64,000 nucleotides of DNA. Source: Mobula hypostoma (lineage: Eukaryota). The stretch is from contig NC_086118.1 of NCBI RefSeq assembly GCF_963921235.1, positions 21,268,001 to 21,332,000 on the forward strand, in the 5' to 3' direction. Positions within the stretch are counted from its first letter, which is position 1. Every line of letters begins with the position of its first letter. The position numbers and the translations under genes are program-made. This document shows positions 25,111-36,714 of the stretch, piece by piece. A model generated the notes under the pieces. That model ran no database searches. It worked only from the letters and a program-made list of their open reading frames with translations, and was not told the DNA's origin.

Positions 25111-25230
25111 CTTACTAGCTCTTCCTTCAGTTAGTCCTGACGAAGGGTCTCGGCCTGAAACGTCGACTGTACCTCTTCCTAGAGATGCTGCCTGGCCTGC
25201 TGCGTTCACCAGCAACTTTGATGTGTGTTG
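25111..25230 (+). mobile_element. Solo Penelope pseudo-LTR (3' terminus)
   Basis: Near-identical to 30593-30712. Flanked by the imperfect repeat tgcaaccagRaagt(gt)cact. Confidence 0.85.
25133..25168 (+). ncRNA. Minimal type I hammerhead ribozyme motif
   Basis: agtc-CTGACGA-agg gtctcgg cct-GAAA-CG-TC-gact: complete core, stem II, and stem I agtc/gact. Confidence 0.8.
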
Positions 25231-25427
25231 CAACCAGGAAGTGTCACTATTGGAGGTTCTAGTGGATTTCTCAATGTTGAAGGGAGCCTTCAGGTAACAG
25301 AATAGGTCCAGTGCTAACACACCGTACAGAGAGCCCAGTACAAATGGAGTAATGTCAGTATGTGCAATAAAGAGTGGTATGCGAATGGAATGACAAGAGT
25401 GCCTGCAGCTAACAAAGCATGGAATTA

Positions 25428-25595
25428 ACACACACAAGATGCTGGAGGAGCTCAGCAGGCCAGGCAGCATCTATGGAAGAGAGTAAACGGTCTACTTTTC
25501 GGGCTGAGACCCTCCATCAGGACTCCTGCTGAGTTCCTCCAGCGTTTTGTGTGTGTCGCTTTGGATTTCCAGCACCTGCCGATGTTCTTGTGTTC
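25428..25595. mobile_element. Palindromic Penelope-derived element, older subfamily
   Basis: acacacaagatgctggaggagctcagcagg ... cctgctgagttcctccagcgttttgtgtgt inverted arms, plus an extension on one side. Confidence 0.75.
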
Positions 25596-26600
25596 ATGGA
25601 ACTAAGAGTGTGGATGGCACTAACAAAGGGCATGGTTAACCGACAGCTCTGTATGTGGAACTAGCCAAACTAATCCTACTAAGTGATGGTCAGCATGGAC
25701 AATGTGGGTTGAAGGAGTTGTTTCTGGTCCACGAGACTCCAGACTACTAACAAATGGCATAGATTTAATGGGGTTAACAAACATATGTTTTTTAATAAAA
25801 TACAACACTGACATAACCACCGAGGTCCATCCATTAATTTAAATGGACAGGACACCAGCCATATGAATAGTTACTATGGTTGTTTGATTTAAATACCCCA
25901 GGGTTAGAAATACATCTACAATCAACTGCACCAGCAATTCCTTTAATCTGCTATCTCCTCTAAGAAAGATTGCACTCACATGCTCCCAGCATTTTGATCA
26001 GTCATAGAACACACAAAATACGTTGTGCTGCTTGAACAAATCTAAATAGGTCCTTGACATTAATTAGCATTTACTATTATAATTATTAGGGAAATGCATA
26101 AGCTAACTGTGTGATTAAAGTCATGCCTGCATACATTAGAGACACGTGCAGAACTGCAATACTACTGCAGGAACTTAAAAACTCACAATGCTGTTAGTAT
26201 ATTCTTGTAACAAAGCCTTAGTGTTGAGGAATTACAGATTCCAGAATAATGGATGGTGGCCAACTTGTACCAACTCATAGACCATAGTCTTGATAAACTG
26301 ATTCCAACTTCCAAAGGCCAGGATAAAGTAAGTCTCATTGGTATTAACTGTCATATATTCAGAGGGTAAGCCATTGCTCACATCCAGTGCAGTGTAACAT
26401 TAGCAACTCTCTGTTAAGTTATGCGCTGGTGCATTTGAGACATTTATCCTGTATTTTGTTCATAATGAGAATAGAGGAAAAGAATAATAGGAATAACTTC
26501 GCAAACAACAGGACTTCTGCAGATGCTGGAAATTCAAGCAACGCACATCAAAGTTGCTGGTGAACGCAGCAGGTCAGGCAGCATCTCTAGGAAGAGGTAC

Positions 26601-26636
26601 AGTCGACGTTTCAGGCCGAGACCCTTCATCAGGACT
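26601..26636 (-). ncRNA. Minimal type I hammerhead ribozyme motif
   Basis: Reverse complement reads agtc-CTGATGA-agggtctcggcct-GAAA-CG-TC-gact. Confidence 0.8.
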
Positions 26637-26935
26637 AACTGAAGGAAGAGTTAGTAAGAGATTTGAAAGTGGGAGGGAGAGGGGGAGATCCAAAATGATA
26701 GGAGAAGACAGGAGGGGGAGGGGTGGAGCCAAGAGCTGGACAGGTGATTGGCAAAAGGGATATGAAAGGATCATGGGACAGGAGGCCCAGGGAGAAAGAT
26801 AAAGCGGGGGGGGGGGGAAACCAGAGGATGGGCAAGGGGTATAGTCAGAGGGACAGAGGGAGAAAAAGTAGAGTGAGAGAAAGAATGTGTGTATAAAATG
26901 AAATAACGAATGGGGTACGAGGGGGAGGTGGGGCA

Positions 26936-28136
26936 TTATTGGAAGTTAGAGAAGTCAATGTTCATTCCATCAGGTTGGAGGCTACCCAGACGGAATATAA
27001 GGTGTTGTTCCTCCAACCTGAGTGTGGCTTCATCTTTACAGTAGAGGAGGCCGTGGATAGACATGTCAGAATGGGAATGGGTTGTGGAATTAAAATGTGT
27101 GGCCACTGGGAGATCCTGCTTTCTCTGGCGGACAGAGCATAGGTGTTCAGCAAAGCAGTCTCCCAGTCTGCGTCGGGTCTCGCCAATATATAGAAGGCCA
27201 CATCGGGAGCACCGGATGCGGTATATCACCCTAGCCGACTCACAGGTGAAGTGTCGCCTCACCTGGAAGGACTGTCTGGGGCCCTGAATGGTGGTAAGGG
27301 AGGAAGTGTAAGGGCATGTGTAGCACTTGTTCCGCCTACAAAGATAAGTACCAGGAGGGAGATCAGTGGGGAGGGATGGGGGGGGCGAATGAACAAGGGA
27401 GTCGCGTAGGGAGCGATCCCTGCGGAAAGTGGGGGGGGGAGGGAAAGATGTGTTTAGTGGTGGGATCCCGTTGGAGGTGGCGGAAGTTACGGAGAATAAT
27501 ATGTTGGACCTGGAGGCTGGTGGGGTGGTAGGTGAGGACCAGGGGAACCCTATTCCTAGTGGGGTGGCGGGAGGATGGAGTGAGAGCAGATGTGCGTGAA
27601 ATGGGGGAGATGCGTTTGAGAGCAGAGTTGATGGTGGAGGACGGGAAGCCCCTTTCTTTAAAAAAGGAGGACATCTCCCTCGTCCTGGAATGAAAAGCCT
27701 CATCCTGAGAGCAGATGCGGCGGAGACAGAGGAATTGTGAGAAGGGGATAGCATTTTTGCAAGAGACAGGATGAGAAGAGGAATAGTCCAGATAGCTGTG
27801 AGATTCCGTAGGCTTATAGTAGACATCAGTGGATAAGCTGTCTCCGGAGATAGAGACAGAAAGATCTAGAAAGGGGAGGGAGGTGTTGGAAATGGACCAG
27901 GTAAACTTGAGGGTAGGGTGAAAGTTGGAGGCAAAGTTAATAAAGTCAACGAGCTCAGCTTGCGTGCAGGAAGCAGTGCCAATGCAGTCGTCGATGTGGC
28001 GAAGGAAAAGTGGGTGACAGATACCAGAATAGGTACAGAACATAGATTGTTCCACAAAGCCAACAAAAAGGCAGGCATAGCTAGGACCCATACGGTTGCC
28101 CATAGCTACACATTTAGCTTGGAGGAAGTGGGAGGA
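26936..28136 (-). pseudogene. Penelope RT C-terminal half + GIY-YIG endonuclease (inverted copy)
   Basis: VAMGNRMGPSYA, FLRHIDD, PFLDL, CRRNKCYTC, VIYRIRCSRCGLLYIGET. Frameshifted. Confidence 0.92.
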
Positions 28137-28143
28137 CCTCCGT

Positions 28144-30320
28144 CCATCCCCTCCGACCTTCAACTGTCGGAGGCAGAATGCTCTGTCCTCAGAAAGGGCC
28201 TCACCTTTGTCCCCCTTCGCCCACACCTCAGCGAGTTCCGTGTTCGCCATGATGCGGAACTCTTCTTCCGCCGTCTCCGTCTCTGAGCCTACTTCTTCAG
28301 CAAGGACTCTTCCACCCCCACCGATGACCCCTTCTCCCGTCTTCCACCCTCCTCTTCTTCATGGACACCCCGCTCTGGCCTTCTGCCTGCTCTGGATCTC
28401 TTTCTTGCTAACTGCCGACGGGACATCAACTGTCTCGACTTCACCGTATCTTGTTCCCATTCCAACCTCACTCCTTCCGAACGCTCTGCTCTCCACTCCC
28501 TCTGCACTAATCCTAACCTTACTATTAAACCCGCCGATAAGGGGGGCGCTGTTGTAGTCTGGCGTACTGACCTCTACCTTGCTGAGGCACAGCGACAACT
28601 CCTGGATACCTCCTCTTATTTACCCCTCGATCGTGACCCCACTAAGGAGCATCAGGCCATTGTCTCCCACACCATCACTGACTTCATCCGCTCAGGAGAT
28701 CTCCCGTCCACTGCTACCAACCTTATAGTTCCCACACCTCGCACTTCCCGTTTCTACCTCCTACCCAAGATCCACAAACCTGCCTGTCCTGGCAGACCTA
28801 TTGTCTCAGCTTGCTCCTGCCCCACTGAACTGGTTTCTGCATACCTCGACACGGTTTTATCCCTTGTTCAATCCCTTCCTACCTATGTTCGTGACACTTC
28901 TCACGCTCTTAAACTTTTCAATGATTTTAAGTTCCCTGGCCCCCACCGCTTTATTTTCACCATGGATGTCCAGTCTCTATATACTTCCATCTCACCTCAG
29001 GAAGGTCTCAAAGCTCTCCACTCCTTTTTGGATTCCAGACCTAATCAGTTTCCCCTCTACCACCACTCTGCTCCGTCTAGTGGAATTAGTCCTTACTCTT
29101 AATAATTTCTCCTTTGGTTCCTCCCACTTCCTCCAGACTAAAGGTGTAGCTATGGGCACCCGTATGGGTCCTAGCTATGCCTGCCTTTTTGTTGGCTTTG
29201 TGGAACAATCTATGTTCCGTGCCTATTCTGGTATCTGCCCCCCACTTTTCCTTCGCTACATCGACGACTGCATTGGCGCTGCTTCCTGCACGCATGCTGA
29301 GCTCATTGACTTTATGAACTTTGCCTCCAACTTTCACCCTGCCCTCAAGTTTACCTGGTCCATTTCCGACACCTCCCTCCCCTTTCTAGATCTTTCTGTC
29401 TCTATCTCCGGAGACAGCTTATCCACTGATGTCTACTATAAGCCTACTGACTCTCACAGCTATCTGGACTATTCCTCTTCTCACCCTGTCTCTTGCAAAA
29501 ATGCCATCCCCTTCTCGCAATTCCTCCGTCTCCGCCACATCTGCTCTCAGGATGAAGCTTTTCATTCTAGGACGAGGGAGATGTCCTCCTTTTTAAAAGA
29601 AAGGGGCTTCCCTTCCTCCACTATCAACTCTGCTCTCAAACGCATCTCCCCCATTTCACGCACATCTGCTCTCACTCCATCCTCCCGCCACCCCACTAGG
29701 AATAGGGTTCCCCTGGTCCTCACCTACCACCCCACCAGCCTCCGGGTCCAACGTATTATTCTCCGTAACTTCCACCACCTCCAACGGGATCCCACCACTA
29801 AACACATCTTTCCCTCACCCACCTCTGCTTTACGCAGGGATCGCTCCCTTCGCGACTCCCTTGTTCATTCATCCCCCCCATCCCTCCCCACTGATCTCCT
29901 CCTGGCACTTATCTTTGTAAGCAGAACAAGTGCTACACATGCCCTTACACTTCCTCCCTTACCACCATTCAGGGCCTCAGACAGTCTTTCCAGGTGAGGT
30001 GACACTTCACCTGTGAGTCGGCTGGGGTGATATACTGCGTCCGGTGTTCCCGATGTGGCCTTCTATATATTGGCGAGACCCGACGCAGACTGGGAGACCG
30101 CTTTGCTGAACACCTACGCTCTGTCCGCCAGAGAAAACAGGATCTCCCAGTGGCCACACATTTTAATTCCACATCCCATTCCCATTCTGACATGTCTATC
30201 CACGGCCTCCTCTACTGTAAAGATGAAGCCACACTCAGGTTGGAGGAACAACACCTTATATTCCGTCTGGGTAGCCCCCAACCTGATGGCATGAACATTG
30301 ACTTCTCTAACTTCCGCTAA
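28144..30320 (+). pseudogene. Penelope RT + GIY-YIG endonuclease ORF, 5'-truncated and disrupted
   Basis: VLRKGLTFVP, KPADKGG, FYLLPKIHK, FTMDVQSLYTSI, GVAMGTRMGPSYA, FLRYIDD, VIYCVRCSRCGLLYIGET, PDGMN. Premature TGA at 28284-28286 and several frameshifts. Confidence 0.95.
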
Positions 30321-30615
30321 TGCCCCACCTCCCCCTCGTACCCCATCCGTTATTTATTTTTATACACACATTCTTTCTCTCACTCTCCTTTTTCTCCCTC
30401 TGACTATACCCCTTGCTCATCCTCTGGGTTCCACCACCCCTCCCCCCCGCCCGTCTTTCTCCCTGGGCCTCCTGTCCCATGATCCTCTCATATCCCTTTT
30501 GCCAATCACCTGTCCAGCTCTTGGCTCCATCCCTCCCCCTCCTGTCTTCTCCTATCATTTTGGATCTCCCCTCCCCCTCCCACTTTCAAATCTCTTACTA
30601 ACTCTTCCTTCAGTT

Positions 30616-30651
30616 AGTCCTGACGAAGGGTCTTGGCCTGAAACGTCGACT
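30616..30651 (+). ncRNA. Minimal type I hammerhead ribozyme motif
   Basis: agtc-CTGACGA-agggtcttggcct-GAAA-CG-TC-gact. Confidence 0.8.
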
Positions 30652-30719
30652 GTACCACTTCCCAGAGATGCTGCCTGACCTGCTGCGTTCACCACCAACT
30701 TTGATGTGTGTTAATAGGA

Positions 30720-31005
30720 ATAACTTCACTAGTCCTCTCATTGAAATGTTCCCACAAACAATGGACTCACTTTCAAGGACTCTCAATCTCATCTTTTCGA
30801 TATTTATTGCTTTATTATTGTTTCTTCTTTTTGTATCTGCACAGTTTGTTATCTTCTGCACTCTGGTTGAATGCCCCAGTTGGGTAGTTCTGTTAATGGT
30901 TATTATTTTATAAATCTAGTGAGCACGCCTACAAGAAAATGAATCTCAGGGTTGTATATGGTGACATATGTGTATGTACTTTGATAATAAATTTATTTTG
31001 AACAT
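30720..31005 (+). mobile_element. Rex1-type 3' UTR fragment
   Basis: aatctcagggttgtatatggtgacat...aataaatttattttgaac, the same tail as 10950-11002. Confidence 0.7.
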
Positions 31006-31249
31006 TGCTTAGTACACGTTGATTGATCTGAGGAAAACCAAAACTGACCTGAAACTTGTAGCAGCAGCAAGCAGGTGAAATATTCCATGCCCCCTGTTTA
31101 CCAGTGTGTCTTTATCTGAAATGGAATCTATGGGAAGATTCACACTCTGGTCCCAACCTGATTTGTGAGGTTTTAATAACATTGAGCTCTGAGGAGTCTG
31201 CCAACTTGGCACAGGTCTCTGCACGTGACACAGAGCAAATTTTTCGGCA

Positions 31250-31608
31250 TAAACGGCAGCCATGCACGGCTGGTTGCTGCAGTAGAAACTCAGACCTTCG
31301 ACAGGTAAGATCAGTCTGTTGTGGACTGCGGTATGTAATCAGACTTGCAGGATATCACAACTGGTTTGCATGTGAGTACTCTCCAGGTGTTCCGGTTTCT
31401 ATCCAAATCTCAAAAATGCCAAGGCTGGTGGGTTAATTTGCCATTGTAGTTTGCCCCTACTGTGTAGGTGGGTATTAGAATCTGGGGCAAGTTCAAGAGA
31501 ATTTGGGGGAGAATTTTAAAATGGGATTAATATAGGTTTAGTGCAAACGGGAGGTTGATGGCTGGCTCAGATTTAGTGGACCTGCCTCTTTCCCTACTGT
31601 ACCTCTCA
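31250..31608 (+). mobile_element. Degraded HE1/V-SINE-like SINE
   Basis: Body ctccaggtgttccggtttc...gggttaatt...tgcccctactgtgtagg, followed by a CR1-like tail. Confidence 0.55.
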
Positions 31609-32696
31609 ATTATCCCTGACCAATAAGCCACCCTCCAATGCAGATGTCAGGGTAATTGAGGAGCTACTATGACAGAGCGTCAATGGCCTTGTGGGTCAGG
31701 AATGTGTTCTCCCTCTTTAAGAGAAAGATACCTGTCTATCTGTCCGAGGTACCATTCTGCTGGTGTCATTGCTACAGTCAGGTAGGTCGCCCGGACTACT
31801 GCAAACCCGTTGGGATGGCACAGTCTGCCAAATGGGGTCTCCAAGGCCCAAAGCTGCTTAAGGTTGTTCTCCAAGGCTCATTCACTGAAATGTCTCAGCC
31901 TTCTGCTCACCATTAAACAAACACTGGGCCATAACATGTAGGTGAAGTCAAGATTACAAATATGACTTTTGTTTACAATATGGCAGATTTTGTTTTCAAG
32001 TTTATTTTGGTGACACTTTTCTTTCTGCAATGTAGCCTAATAGACATTGTAACTGCTGGTGAGCATCGGGAACTTAGTAAACTGTGAACTGGGGTGGCAG
32101 TTGTTGGCAAAGCAATCAAACCTCTCCTTCGCAGACAACCTGGAAGGAACCAGACACAAAAATATTCATTGTCAAGGGCACCTTAACAGTCAAAGGTATT
32201 ATTGTGGCTGCAGTAATGTCTCAGTGAAAACTGGCAATCCAACCTGCTCATGATCATTGAGAAGCAACCCTGATACTGTACTCTGTGACTGAGATGAGGG
32301 CTGCACTGGAACAGAACATGCAGCTCGCATGTTGCTGTGGGCAGGTGGGTGAGAGTAGATGGCTGGTGAATTCAAAGCAATGGAAGATCTGCCCCATTAA
32401 TTACAAATCTGCACAAAAGGGCAGAAATGAACAGACATGGCATGTTTGAGGAGTGGAAGTGATTTATAACACTGGATAAAGTCCTCTCAATGTATCTTCA
32501 TTTCTTGGGGCCAAAGGTCATCTCCCATCCAATGGACTGTTATAAATTTCATTCCTCACTGGCATTTCTGGGGCCACGATTAAAATCAGTATCTTAAAGG
32601 ATCAATCTAGGCTCCGCTCAATTATCATTTATCATCTTCAACAGTTGATGCACTTCTAAACACAACCACTAGACCTTTGAAGTACTATTAGAGGAA

Positions 32697-32937
32697 TGTT
32701 GTTTTTAAGCATGTTGTACCAGACATTCAGCCATTCTTGTCTGGCACGTGGTGTCAGGATTAACCAGGTCACGTTTGAACGTTCCTGACTCGACCCTTGC
32801 ATTTTTTACAAGGCCGAGTGGCTAGCTCGACACTCAACCTGGCACGGATGGAAAGCATGTTCGGAGGTGGCCTGACCTGGATTCGAACTCGGGAACCTTC
32901 GCTCTGGTGTCCAGCGCTGATCTCACTGCGCCACCAG
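32697..32937 (-). mobile_element. tRNA-derived SINE
   Basis: Minus strand has A box tggcgcagtgag and B box gttcgaatcc. Body is shared with 54107-54320. Confidence 0.75.
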
Positions 32938-33824
32938 AGGAATGGTAAAACCCACGTTCTCTTGCTTCTGTTCAAATATATCCAGTGAAAGGGAATTTTC
33001 TTCCATTCAGTACTCCATGTGTTCAATAGAACAATTAGTTGGTTACATAATTTTACAATGGTAGTTTCATGCTAAGTCTGGAAGGTGTACTACAATAGCC
33101 TCTGATTAATACTCTGTAAAATGAATAATGAACTGTGCCAGATCCTATGGTTTGCAGAATATGCAAGCAATGCATATCATAAATGATGCTTAGATTAGAA
33201 GAATGGACATGTATATACCTGCCATTGTTTTAAAAACACCAGGGACACCTTCAATTATGCAAAATCATAATAGATCAAAGAGAGTAGGGACATATGTGCA
33301 GTGAGTCATCTCACATTATATGACAGTAAAGTGTGTTCCGCTCCCTTTTTGAAATTAATTTCTGATGATTTCAAGTCAGTGTATTTTAGAAACCGTACTT
33401 TCCACTGCCACTAATTTATGGTGCATGTAAGATACTGCTGAAATTGGACGAAGTTCTGAGCTGCTATCCTGACTTATGGTCCAAGCCACCCTGGCATCCC
33501 CTGGGGCAAGCTTCACACCTCTTACACCTCCATGAGCCCTGTTGAAATATGACTCACCGCACAGATCCTGTTTTTACAAACAACACCCAGCCAATTTGCC
33601 TTGAAAATCAGGACCTGTTCTGCAAACTCCTGCAGTAGCGATCTGAATTTAATAGGATGGCCTGGGGACAAGTCTAGGAACAACTGCTACTGTGACTGAG
33701 ATACTGAACGACAAGGTCCCAAGTGAATGTAAACGCACAGAAATCTGGAAATACTTAACGTGTCTGGGATGCTCAATGCTTAGGGGACATTGCAAGACCC
33801 AAAAAACAATGAAGTTAATTAATT

Positions 33825-33875
33825 TTCTTTTCTCTCTCTCTCTCTCTCATACACACACTCTCTCACTCTCTCTCC
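33825..33875. repeat. (CT)n/(CA)n compound microsatellite
   Basis: Seen directly in the sequence. Confidence 0.8.
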
Positions 33876-34097
33876 ATTGATGCTGCCTGGTCTGTTGAGT
33901 GTTTCCAGCCCTTTCTGTTTTCTAATTAGACGTGCAACATCTGTGGCCTCTTGCCTTTTGGAAATGTGTGATGGGCTTTGCCTCTGCCCACCTTTGACCG
34001 GTGGAAATTTGTGCACAGATGAGGGATTTGTTGTGGTCTTTGATTTGGCTTGTTACCCACAAAATAAGGAGGAAAAATCTATCTTTGTTTTTCTGTT

Positions 34098-34945
34098 CAG
34101 AATCAGAATCAGGTTTACTATCACTGGCATGTGTTGTGAAATTTGTTAACTTAGCAGCAGCAGTTCAATGCAGTGCATAGCATAGAAGGAAAAATAAATA
34201 AATAAGTCAATTACAGTATATGTATATTGGAGGTTAAAAATCATGCAAAAACAGAAATAACATATATTGAAAAAGTGAGGTAGTGTTCACGTGTTCAACG
34301 TCCATTTAGGAATCGGATGGCAGAGGGGAAGAAGCTGTTCCTGAATCGCTGAGTGTGTGCCTTCAGGCTTCTGTACCTCCTATCTGATGGTAACAATGAG
34401 AAAGGGGCTGGAGGCTCTTAATAATGGACACTGCCCTTCTGAGACACCAATCCTTGAAGATGTCCTGGGTACTTTGTAGGCTAGTACCCAAGATGGAACT
34501 GACTAAATTTACAACCCCCGCAGCTTCTTTCAGTCCTGTGCAGTAGCCCACCGCCCCCCCACTCCATACCAGACAGTGATGCAAATTATCAGAATGATCT
34601 CCACGGTACACCTATAGAAGTTTTTGAGTGTTTCTGTTGATATACCAAGTCTCTTCAAACTCCTAACGAAGTACAGTCTTGCCTTCTTTATAGCCACATC
34701 GATATGTTGGTACCAGGTTAGGTCTTCAGAGATCTTGATACCCCAGGAACTTGAAACTGCTCACTCTCTCCACTTCTGATCCTTCTATGAGGATTGGTAT
34801 GTGTTCCTTCATCTTACCCTTCCTGAAGTCCACAATCAGCTCTTTCCTCTTACTGACACTGAGTGCAAGGTTGTTGCTGCGACACCACTCCACTAGTTGG
34901 TATATCTCACTCCTGTACGCCCTCTTGTCTTCATCTGAGATCCTG
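34098..34945 (-). mobile_element. Rex1/Babar LINE 3' fragment
   Basis: AYRSEIYQLVEWCRSNNLALSVSKRKELIVDFRK. (TCTGAT)n tail. Closely related to 22922-23789. Confidence 0.9.
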
Positions 34946-35471
34946 AGATGCAAAGCTTAATTGTTCAGTGCTTTTGTCAGCGCGATGCATCTGAGTCTGC
35001 CATCAGCCATGGTCATGGTAAAAGTACTCATTGGTAAATCGTGAATAGTTATAGCTCCAATTTAAATCTGAACTATTTCCCAGCTTTGCCTTAGATGTGC
35101 ATGTCATTGTATTTGATACACAATCATAAATAAAGTGGCTGCCCCTGAGTGCAGGGGTCAGAAGAACAATGGGATTATTTTCCATTGTATTTTAGGTGGG
35201 TGGACTGCACTTTTCTTTGGGGCTTTTAGCCCCATTGAATTTTGGTTCTTTGGGTGCCAATCTACCTGAAATCAGAGAATAATGTTGGGGCACACCTAGT
35301 CCACTCGGAATTCAGTGTAGACACTGGCTCGTTCTCAGTAGTGGGAATGCCATACAGGGTTTGCCCTGTTTGTGGAATTTGGGGTCAGGTCCGTTGCATG
35401 CTTGGAGGAGTGTACACAAGTTATGAGGCTCTACTATCTCACCTCAGAAAAAAAAACCTCACAAAGAGTAT

Positions 35472-35635
35472 ACACAAGGAAATCTGCAGATGCTGGAATT
35501 TCAAGCAACACACATAAAAATTGCTGGTGAACGCAGCAGGTGTCAGGATGAAGGGTCTCGGCCCGAAACGTCGACTGTACCTCTTGCTATAGATGCTGCC
35601 TGGCCTGCTGCGTTCACCAGCAATTTTTATGTGTG
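35472..35635. mobile_element. Non-coding mini-Penelope (inverted pseudo-LTR pair)
   Basis: Inverted arms acacacataaaaattgctggtgaacgcagcagg / cctgctgcgttcaccagcaatttttatgtgtgt. 13-bp TSD TCACAAAGAGTAT at 35459-35471 and 35636-35648. Confidence 0.9.
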
Positions 35636-36714
35636 TCACAAAGAGTATCATTGGTTATACTGTAAAAACCTGAATGAATCTTTCACATTTGAGGACACAA
35701 AACAACAATACACAACTTTAGGAAGTAATTGTCTTTGCTGTAAAAATGTAATAACTACATTCAAATATTGAATGGCAAAATAGGTAAAAAGAAATTACAA
35801 CTGTCCAACTTAAGCCTCCACCTCTCCCGCTGTTTGCTCATCTTTACTGCAAACCTAAATAGAGTGGTTTCCTGCTAAAAACGAACACTTCAGAATGAGT
35901 TGACCTGCAGGATAACAATACACGATAATTTCTCTTTTTTTGAAGTTCAGATACAATCTTCAAAAGCACCATTCTCTACCCCCAGCGTGCCAGTACATCT
36001 GTATAGCATTCATGTTAATAAAGATCATGACCAACTGAAAAATCCCTTATATTATGACAGCTGCAGAGAAACTAGCCATAAAGGATATCATATTTAGCGA
36101 TCCGAGCAAAAATGGGTATAAATTCCCTGGGAGAGCAGCAAGGAGAAAATACCTGCAGAATTACAAATATGTTTTGCTCTTTCAAGTCTCGTCTCACTAA
36201 GCTCTATCATTCATTCATTGCTCTGTGGCATTCAGATCCTCCACCCTTCCACTAGCTGCCTCCTGACCTATCAAAGCTGCTCATCTTCCTGTCTCCTTCA
36301 GAATCTGACACCCACCTCCCTTCCTCTTTTTGGCATCCACAATACGTTTCAGTTCTCCACACAATTTTCAATTACTTCCCTTCTCATCTTTTCTCTTGCA
36401 GCCACACCAGTTTGGAGTTCCCCTTCGGCACGGTTTTAGCTTCCCTTCACTCCACCCTAGAAATGCTAACCATGCCCATCCTGGTGCCTGTCTTTCGATT
36501 TCATAAGTGCCACAATGACAAATGCCTCTCCGAAGAAGCAGCTTACTCACCTACTTGCTGGGGAGCTAAGCCAATTCCATGACTGCACAGAAACAGAACC
36601 TTCATCCCAGCATAACTATGCTATACCCATCTATGGTAATCCCATTCAATTAGTCAATAGTCTCCTGAGCTTTGGAGATTCAAGTACTCATCTAGATAAC
36701 CCCTGAATGGAAAA

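Larger units (their letters stand above)
26501..30711. mobile_element. Penelope-like retroelement, head-to-head inverted insertion
   Basis: Minus copy 26501-28136 and plus copy 28144-30711. Perfect TSD TAATAGGAATAACTTC at 26485-26500 and 30712-30727. Confidence 0.95.

Noticed and set aside
26554..26936. ORFs in the Penelope 3' UTR and pseudo-LTR (also 30298-30678, 25036-25470, 35439-35771, 40882-41160)
   Set aside because: These are low-complexity translations of non-coding repeat termini. They recur only because the repeat recurs.
26501..30711. Assembly artefact, or a bacterial RT system (retron, DGR, group II intron)
   Set aside because: The arms differ at many positions and are bounded by a TSD. 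The RT plus C-terminal GIY-YIG with a Cys/His linker is the Penelope-like architecture.
32860..32937. tRNA gene (also 54109-54180)
   Set aside because: A and B boxes are present, but there is no convincing cloverleaf and the sequence continues into a shared SINE body.
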